A stretch of 64,000 nt of DNA. It comes from Amphiscolops sp. MND2022 (lineage: Eukaryota). Position numbers and translations under genes: made by a program. Shown here in pieces: positions 11,322-20,530 of this stretch (position 1 is the first letter of the stretch; every line of letters starts with the position of its first letter). The notes under the pieces are model-generated. The model saw only the letters and a list, made by a program, of their open reading frames with translations. It made no database searches and was not told the DNA's origin. The stretch covers positions 71,674,001-71,738,000 of the forward strand of contig OZ076409.1 in NCBI GenBank assembly GCA_964187785.1. Direction: 5' to 3'.

Positions 11322-13316
11322 GTGCGGGGGGGAAACCCCAACAAAATTTTTGGAGGATTCGGGTAGGGTCCTGAATCCGAGTTCAGTGCTGCCAGCTTCC
11401 GTTAAGAAAATTTGGATAGGATTCGGGATCTCGTGATCTAACCATAGGATTTTAAAGTTGGAGCGGCCCCCACCAGATTTTCCGAAAATTAGCGCCCCCC
11501 ACCGGGTTCCATACCCCGGAAAATTTTTTTCTGGCCACACGGGCGACCGTTAGGGGGTCATTTTAGGGGTAAAATTCATATTGGGCCACATAACTTTTTT
11601 TCTGTTGATTTAAAACTTTGGGACCCTTCTAAAAGTTTCTTGGCCGTGTTGCAGGGGCCCCGGAGGTCCAAACCAAATTTTTCTATCTTGAAGCTATCTC
11701 CAAGTACCCCCCCGCCCAAAACGTTATTTTTCCGGAAACGCAGGTTTTTGACCCGGAAGGAGTCGTCGGAGCGCGGGGTCGTTAGGTGATGTATTGGGGA
11801 CGGCCTTGAGACGAAGCGGGGGACATGCAGTTTGCCAACCCCAGTTTACCCCCCGGACGGGAAATGACCGTTATATGAGCGGGAAAAATGCCCCCTTCCA
11901 CGTTTTACCGCTATTTCCGGTGTGAAGGAATGGGAGTAGCGCGTCGGGTGCCATATATCAAAAGTAGGTTTAGACAAGGACCTATCGGAAACATGTGGTT
12001 TGGGACCCCCTGGACCAACCCGTTAGCGGGAAATGGGGCTTCCGGCCCGTTTTTTTACTGCTAAAACCGTAAAATGGGCATTGAGGGGTAAATATCCCGT
12101 GAACGCGTGGAGCAATCGTGTCCATCACTACTACAAGGTTTCATACCCATGATATGGTGCCTTCAGGGGGGCAAACAGATTTCCGCTATCTATCACCGTT
12201 ACCGACTTGGCCCCCCAGCCTAACCGCTATGTGACCGGAAATGTCACTTTTTGAGCCCAAAGGGTCGGTCCCAGCCGGGGAACGTTAGGTAACTTATTGT
12301 AGTACTCAATGAGACGAGTTGGGGGATATAGTTTCAGTCACCCCCCGTTACCCCTTGGGACCGGAAATGACCGTTATGTGGGTAAAATTGCAATTTTTAT
12401 ACTTTTTCAAGTGTATTTAGGTGTGGAAGGAGTGGTAATAGGTGCTTGGACACTATATGATGTAATGGAGGTCGTGAGGAGAGCATTCGGAAATAACCGT
12501 TATGTTGACCCCAAAGTCCCCCTGGTACCGTTAACGACCGGAAATGGCCAAATTTTGTGTCTATTGGGTACAAATGTTTGGTATTTTATGGATAAAAGTA
12601 CCTGGAAGGTGTTTTAAAGGCCTCCAGAAGTGAACATAGTCATGAAACCTTGTGGGGGGTAACGGTATATAGCACCGGAAGTCCAAACCGTTGGTCACAG
12701 AATAGGTTTTTTGGTTTCAAAATGTCTTTAGGCATAGTTTTGTGGGTTGAATCGTCATAATATCAACTAATACGGACTTTTTTCGGAAATAAAATTTTTT
12801 CACATTAGTTTCAGGGACCTCCAATGCTTCAGTCAACATAACCGTTACATTTTGATAGCCTTTCAAGTTGACCTGGTGTCAACTTGGAAGGGCTATCCTT
12901 CTAAAATCGTTAATCAAGAGTGTTTTTAGGGTAGGTATATGTTGCATTAGTACCAATTAGAGCTTCATCAACAGTTTGCCAACGGCAAAAACGATGTCGT
13001 GATAATTCCGTTATAAAAATATTAGTTAACAAATTGTTTTCAAAGTTGATTTTTTCCATTAAAAATGTGTCCTGATGCCACCAAATTGAATAAAAGAATA
13101 AATGGTATTGACTAAAACTAAATAACAATGAAAAAGAAGATCAACATTTTTATTAGGTCTCATTATGGAAGCTGAAACCTCACGTTTTAGTTTAATTAAC
13201 GTCAACGCCACATACTTTACATCAACGCCCACCGTCTGTGGGCATGCCGAGGCATGCCCTTCGACGACGTATACCAAACAACCTCCATATCTACACCCAT
13301 CCGCGGTAGCAGCTAG
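11322..13316 (+). mobile_element. Class B unit (GC-richer, 1995 bp)
   Basis: Starts GTGCGGGGGG. Interior is not alignable by eye to class A, but it shares the head hairpin, palindrome P1 and the 3' core. Homologous to 16583-18558 and 18559-20530. Confidence 0.7.
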
Positions 13317-15306
13317 GTGGGCGGGGGTAATTCCCCAACAAAAAAATCGGCCGGCGGGTCGGGTCCTGCCGGCCGTCCAAAATCAAAATCCTCCTAGTAG
13401 AAAACGGCATGTCAAACGAGCTATTTTTTTATTTAACCATTAGAATTTCACCATTTTTTGCATGCGGCCCTGAAATGGCCATACGAGACGAAGTTCCTGC
13501 TGACGTTTTGCGATGTAAATGTTTTATAAAAAGTTATGGCCGATTTGTCATTCACCTAGAAGGGTAAAATGAGGAAAATTTTAACAAAGTCGCTGATAAC
13601 TCAAAATGTGATAATTTTTGGACTTTGACAGTGAAACAAGCTTGGAACTGTCATTTCGTGGCTGTGGCATTGCACTGAACACAAAAGATGTAAAGTTTTC
13701 ACATTTTTTGAAAATTCGACATTTTTGAAATTTTTTTCACTACTATCAGTACCCCATATGTCAAAAACACCTCAGAAAAAAATTTTTATTTGCTTTAAAT
13801 TGGAAACCTTGGTATCCATGGTTTCTGTCGGAACCTACTCGCAGCCAAACACCCAACAGTTTGCATCCAATGCGAAATAAAAAATTTTTTCGAGGTCATA
13901 AGCGTTTCACAAGGTTTTCATGATTTAGTATTAAATTACATAGTGGTCATTTTAAACATAAAATTTTGGTCCAGGCATGTCGGATATAGTCTGAATGCTC
14001 ACGAACGGTCCTACTGGCAACGTAGGAACCATTTATAGTAATAAAAAGTATTAAAAAAATTTTTTCACCCTGTCTTCAGTCATTTTTCAGACATTCGGAA
14101 CTTAACTTAGAAAATTTTCGAACCAAATACCCATTTTTTGTCAGGTCGAAAATTGAAATTCAGCTATTAAAGCAAAATTTTTTACTCTGACGTAACCAGT
14201 GGGGTCCATGATACTCAAAAATACGATTGGGACTGGTACCAATGGCTCCTATATCATATGAGCCGCGATAAGACGTTATTTTGAGCAATACGTCTCAATT
14301 GAGGTAAACATCTCGCAAGCCTGGGATCACAGTGAAAAGTAATTTCATCAAAAAATTACTCATTTTCGTCAATCACTATGTGCATAGAGTGGGTAGGGTG
14401 AGTTCCAACACTATAATGAGGTTTTTGAAGGCATCGGGTTGCTCAAGGGGTGGTATGAGTCATTACTTTCCTATATACAACTGTATTTTCAAAAACTTTT
14501 AGCCCATTATCTGGAAAAACTAACTTGACAAAATACTTTCAATTAATTTATTCAAAGGCTACAATATAGATGAACCCTGTGGTTGATCAGAAACTTTCAT
14601 CTCTGTCGTTTTCCGAAATAACTCCTTTCAAATGTGTTACATTTGTAGCAGAAAAAAAAACTGAAACTAAAAAATACGCGATTTTGCTGAGATAGAATCG
14701 CAATGGTTGCGCCTAAAATCTCTTTAAATACTTCTAACGCGACCTTACGGACCCAAACTGATTGAAAATGCCATTCACAATGCTGACATGTGCTCTTTCT
14801 ACGATCCTGGCTGGACAAGTTTTGCATTTTTTTCAAGTACCTGTTAACTGAACATTGTGATAGCCTTTCAAGTTGGCCTTGTGTCAACTTGGGAAGGCTG
14901 TCACATCAAAAAACTGTCAACAAAAATACCATTTGTTTATAAGATATTGCTGTCGATGCTTCACTTCGTGATTCGATCATGTCGTGAGTTCCTTCCATCA
15001 GGTCAGCTAACATTTGGATTCAGTGTTTGATAAGAACCTATGATTTTCATGACAATTTTTGTTTTTTTTTTGCCAACAAAAAGTACGAATAAATGATATA
15101 AAACATATTTGTAACCTTTAGGAAGTTTAACTTTACCTTTATTTACCGTTATCATCGCCACCCACCCCTACGACCTCGCAGTGTCCTCATTACAACGCCA
15201 CATAGTGTAGCGACGCCCACAGTCTGTGGGCATGCCGAGGCATGCCCTTCGACGACGTATGGCAAATATAGCGTTAGCCCGCGGTCACTACCGCGGTAGC
15301 AGCTAG
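13317..15306 (+). mobile_element. Class A unit (1990 bp)
   Basis: Colinear with the other A units, with its own variant pre-core and tail sequence. Confidence 0.7.
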
Positions 15307-16582
15307 GTGGTCGTTAGCATGGGATTTTCTTTATGAGCGTAGTCCACTTTTTTTAGGCCGGGGTAGGGTCCCGGGCCGTTACCAATTTCTTACGGAGGAA
15401 AAATGTGAAAATCTGCGAGTTTAAAAAATTGGCCCGTACGATTTGGCTGAAAATTGGCATACAGCATCGTCTTGGTAAACAAATGACTTTGTCTTAGTGA
15501 CATTTTGCCCAGGAAATTCAAAAAGTTGGTCAAATTGAAAATTTTTTGACCGTCTAAGGCAAAAATTTGACTTTTTCGCTTTTTTTGGTCAATTTCCTCA
15601 GAATTGGTTGATTTTGGTGAAGTGAGTCATAAGAGGTTATAAGGTCTGCAAATAGCCATCAATTGGCTTGCATAATCAGATTTTGTCAAAAGTGTTTAGT
15701 TTTTTCAAAATTTCACACTTTTTTTTCATTTCAATGTTTTTTGATATAATTTATTGAATTTTTTCTAAGTTCCACTAAATATTTTTAAAATGTTTTTAAA
15801 ACACCTTTTTTTGCACGTTTTTGATGTTTTTTGCTCTCCCATATAGGTTTTCGCATACGGGGAACCTGAATCTGGCAACGAAGTAACTTTATTCCGCAGT
15901 TCAACTTACGCCATTTTTAATAGTGAAAAATCACTCATTTTCAATCTAACGAGTGAAAATATCAGAATTTAAAAACCTAAAGTTGAGTTTAAGGCGACTT
16001 ACAGGTAGAAACAAATGCTCAGAAACAAACTGATTTCTTGTATTAGCTAAAGAAAGCCTTTAAAATTCTTTTTACTTTCTTTAAATCAATATTCGACACT
16101 TCATGAAATTTGTCAGTGGAAAAACTTTATCATTTTTTAAATTAAAAACTTGCTTTGTTGGTCATTTCCGTTAGTCATTAGTAGCTGTGTATAGCTCCGA
16201 AGCCTTTCAAGTTCTTTTGACCCTATTTGAAAATTTTTGATACTGCATAATCAATCCGAGAGAATGAAACAGTTGTGTACATTCCATCTCCCTCTTGGGG
16301 GAGATGAGAATGTACTTCCTAAAGTCCAGGTACTATAGATCATATTTGGTTTTATGCGACGCCCTCTATGCTAGTGCATATAAATACAAGTTGTTTGGCT
16401 GGATTTTGCTTCTGACTTGACGTATACTGTACGTTTGGTACTGACAATACCCATCATATACATAACAAACGTCAACGCCACATACCCTTACCAACGCCCA
16501 TAGTCCGTAGGCATGCCGAGGCATGCCTTTCGACGACGCGCGCCAAACACAAGCGCGCCCGCACTTTTGCGGTAGCGGCTAG
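15307..16582 (+). mobile_element. Class C unit (1276 bp, single copy)
   Basis: Starts GTGGTCG with a unique T-rich interior. Retains the GGGTAGGGTCC hairpin (15356-15377), palindrome P2 (16277-16315), a variant core and hairpin+CTAG. Confidence 0.7.
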
Positions 16583-19500
16583 GTGCGGGGGGGTAACCCC
16601 AACAAAATTTTTGGAGGATTCGGGTAGGGTCCTGAATCCGAGTTCAGTGCTGCCAGCTTTCGTTAAGAAAATTTGGATAGGATTCGGGATCTCGTGATCT
16701 AACCATAGGATTTTAAAGTTGGAGCGGCCCCCACCAGATTTTCCGAAAATTAGCGCCCCCCACCGGGTTCCATACCCCGGAAAATTTTTTTCTGGCCACA
16801 CGGGCGACCGTTAGGGGGTCATTTTAGGGGTAAAATTCATATTGGGCCACATAACTTTTTTTCTGTTGATTTAAAACTTTGGGACCCTGCTAAAAGTTTC
16901 TTGACCGTGTTGCAAGGGCTCCGGAGGTCCAAACCAAATTTTTCTATCTTGAAGCTATCTCCAAGTACCCCCCCGCCCAAAACGTTATTTTTCCGGAAAC
17001 GCAGGTTTTAGACCCGGAAGGAGTCGTCTGAGCGCGGGGTCGTTAGGTGATGTTTTGGGGACGGCCTTGAGACGAAGTGGGGGACATGTAGTTTGCCGAC
17101 CTCGGTTTACCCCTCGGACAGGAAATGACCGTTATTTGAGCGGGAAAATTGCCCCCCTCCACGTTTTACCGCTATTTCCGGTGTGAAGGAGTAGGAGTAG
17201 CGCGTCGGGTGTTATATATCAAAAGTAGGTTTAGACAAGGATCTATCGGAAACATGTGGTTTGGGACCCCCTGGACCAACCCGTTAGCAGGAAATGGGGC
17301 TTCCGGCCCGTTTTTTTACGGTTAAAAACGGAAAATGGGCATTGAGGGGTAAATATCTCGTGAACGCGTGGAGCTACGGTGTCCTTCACTACTTCAAGGT
17401 TTCATACCCATGATATGGTGCCTTCAGGGGGGCAAACAGATTTCCGCTATCTATCACCGTTACGGACTTGGCCCCCCAGCCTAACCGTTAAGTGACCGGA
17501 AATGTCATATTTTGAGCCCAAAGGGTCGGTCCCAGCCAGGGAACGTTAGGTAACTTATTGTAGTACTCAATGAGACGAGTTGGGGGACATAGTTTCAGTC
17601 ACCCCCCGTTACCCCTTGGGACCGGAAATGACCGTTATGTGGGTAAATTTGCAATTTTTATACTTTTTGAAGGGCATTTAGATGCGGAAGGAGTGGTAAT
17701 AGGTGCTTGGACACTATATGATGATAGGGAGGACGTGAGGCGAGCATTCGAATATAACCGTTATGTTGACCCCAAAGTCCCCCTGGTACCGGAAGTGACC
17801 CGTAATGGTCAAATTTCGTGTTTAAAGGTTACAAATGTTTGGTGTTTTATGGAAAACAGTGCCTATTAGGTGTTTCGACGGTCTGCAGTCGTGAACATAG
17901 TCATGAAACCTTGTGGGGGGTAACGGGTTATAGCACCGGAAGTCCAAACCGTTGGAGACAGGATAAGTTTTTTGGTTTTAAAATGTCTTTCGGCCTACTT
18001 TTGTCGACTATTATGGACTATTTTTGGAAAATAAAGTTTTTTCCATATAGTTTCAGAGACTCCGAAACCTCAACCAACATAACCGTTACCTTATGATAGC
18101 CTTTCAAGTTGGCCTGGTGTCAACTTGGAAGGGCTATCCTTCAAAAATCATTAATCCAGTGTGTTTTTGAGTATGCTTGTTTTACTTTAGAATCAATTAG
18201 AGCTTCAAGAAAAGATTGCCAACGACAAAAACTATGTCGTGATGATTCCGTTATTACAATAATAGTTACCAAAATGTTGATAAAGTTGATTTTTTACATT
18301 TCAAATATGTCCTAAATGCCAGAAAACCTCTTTACCAAACAAATGGTATTGATTGAATTGTAAATAGCAGCTAATAAAAGTTCAAATTGAATATTACGTT
18401 TCATTATGCAAGCTGAAACGTCATATTATAGTTTCATTAACGTCAACGCCACATACTTTACATCAACGCCCACCGTCTGTGGGCATGCCGAGGCATGCCC
18501 TTCGACGACGTATACCAAATTCCTCCAACACAACACCCCCGAGCGCGTTAGCAGCTAGGTGCGGGGGGGAAACCCCAACAAAATTTTTGGAGGATTCGGG
18601 TAGGGTCCTGAATCCGAGTTCAGTGCTGCCAGCTTTCGTTAAGAAAATTTGGATAGGATTCGGGATCTCGTGATCTAACCATAGGATTTTAAAGTTGGAG
18701 CGGCCCCCACCAGATTTTCCGAAAATTAGCGCCCCCCACCGGGTTCCATACCCCGGAAAATTTTTTTCTGGCCACACGGGCGACCGTTAGGGGGTCATTT
18801 TAGGGGTAAAATTCATATTGGGCCACATAACTTTTTTTCTGTTGATTTAAAACTTTGGGACCCTGCTAAAAGTTTCTTGGCCGTGTTGCAGGGGCCCCGG
18901 AGGTCCAAACCAAATTTTTCTATCTTGAAGCTATCTCCAAGTACCCCCCCGCCCAAAACGTTATTTTTCCGGAAACGCAGGTTTTTGACCCGGAAGGAGT
19001 CGTCGGAGCGCGGGGTCGTTAGGTGATGTATTGGGGACGGCCTTGAGACGAAGCGGGGGACATGCAGTTTGCCAACCCCAGTTTACCCCCCGGACGGGAA
19101 ATGACCGTTATATGAGCGGGAAAAATGCCCCCTTCCACGTTTTACCGCTATTTTCGGTGTGAAGGAGTGGAAGTAGCGCGTCGGGTGCCATATATCAAAA
19201 GTAGGTTTAGACAAGGACCTATCGGAAACATGTGGTTTGGGACCCCCTGGACCAACCCGTTAGCGGGAAATGGGGCTTCCGCCTCCTTTTTTTACTGCTA
19301 AAACAGTAAAATGGGCATTGAGGGGTAAATATCTCGTGAACGCGTGGAGCTACGGTGTCCATCACTACTACAAGGTTTCATACCCATGATATGGTGCCTT
19401 CAGGGGGGCAAACAGATTTCCGCTATCTATCACCGTTACTGACTTGGCCCCCCAGCCTAACCGCTATGTGACCGGAAATGTCACTATTTGAGCCCAAAGG

Positions 19501-20530
19501 GTCGGTCCCAGCCGGGGAACGTTAGGTAACTTATTGTAGTACTCATTGAGACGAGTTGGGGGATATAGTTTCAGTCACCCCCCGTTACCCCTCGAGACCG
19601 GAAATGACCGTTATGTGAGTAAAATTGCCATTTTTGTACTTTTTGAAGGGCATTTAGATGCGGAAGGAGTGGTAATAGGTGCTTGGACACTGTATGATGT
19701 AAGGGAGGACGTTAGGCGAGCATTCGGACATAACCGTTATGTTGACCCTAAAGTCCCCCTGGTACCGTAAACGACCGGAAATGGTCAAATTTTGTGTCTA
19801 TTGGGTACAAATGTTTAGTATTTTGTAAATAAAAGTATCTATTAGGTGTTTCGACGGTTTGCAGTAGTGAACATAGTCATCAAACCTTGTGGGGGGTAAC
19901 GGTATATAGCACCGGAAGTCCAAACCGTTGGTGACAGGATAGGTTTTTTGGTTTTAAAATGTCTTTCGGCGTACCTTTGTCGACTATTAAGGACTATTTT
20001 TTAAAAATTAAAGTTTTTCTATATAGTTTCAGAGACTCCGAAACCTCAACCAACATAACCGTTACCTTTTGATAGCCTTTCAAGTTGGCCTGGTGGCAAC
20101 TTGGAAGGGCTATCCTTCAAAAATCGTTAATCAAGAGTGTTTTTGGGTAGGTATATATTCAATTAGTACCAATTAGAGCTTCATCAACAGTGTATCAACG
20201 ACAAAAACTAAGCCGTCATGATTCCGTTGTTAGAATAGTAGTGAGCTAATTGTTGACAAAAATATTTTTTTTATACAAAATGTGTCCTAAATGCCAGGAA
20301 ATCTATTTACCTAACAAATGGTTATGATTGGAATGTATGTAACAGATTTATAAAAGTTCAAATTGAATATTACGTTTCATTATGGAAGCTGAAACGTCAT
20401 ATTTTAGTTTAATTAACGTCAACGCCACATACTTTACATCAACGCCCACCGTCTGTGGGCATGCCGAGGCATGCCCTTCGACGACATATACCAAATACAT
20501 ACCTAACGACGCCCGTACATCCCGGGCTAG
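16583..20530 (+). mobile_element. Two class B units (16583-18558, 1976 bp; 18559-20530, 1972 bp)
   Basis: Colinear with 11322-13316, with near-identical heads and different tails. Confidence 0.7.

Noticed and set aside
11322..13316. B or C as ordinary TIR/LTR transposons inserted into an A satellite
   Set aside because: There are no terminal inverted repeats or target-site duplications. They carry their own versions of the shared terminal modules and sit exactly at junctions.
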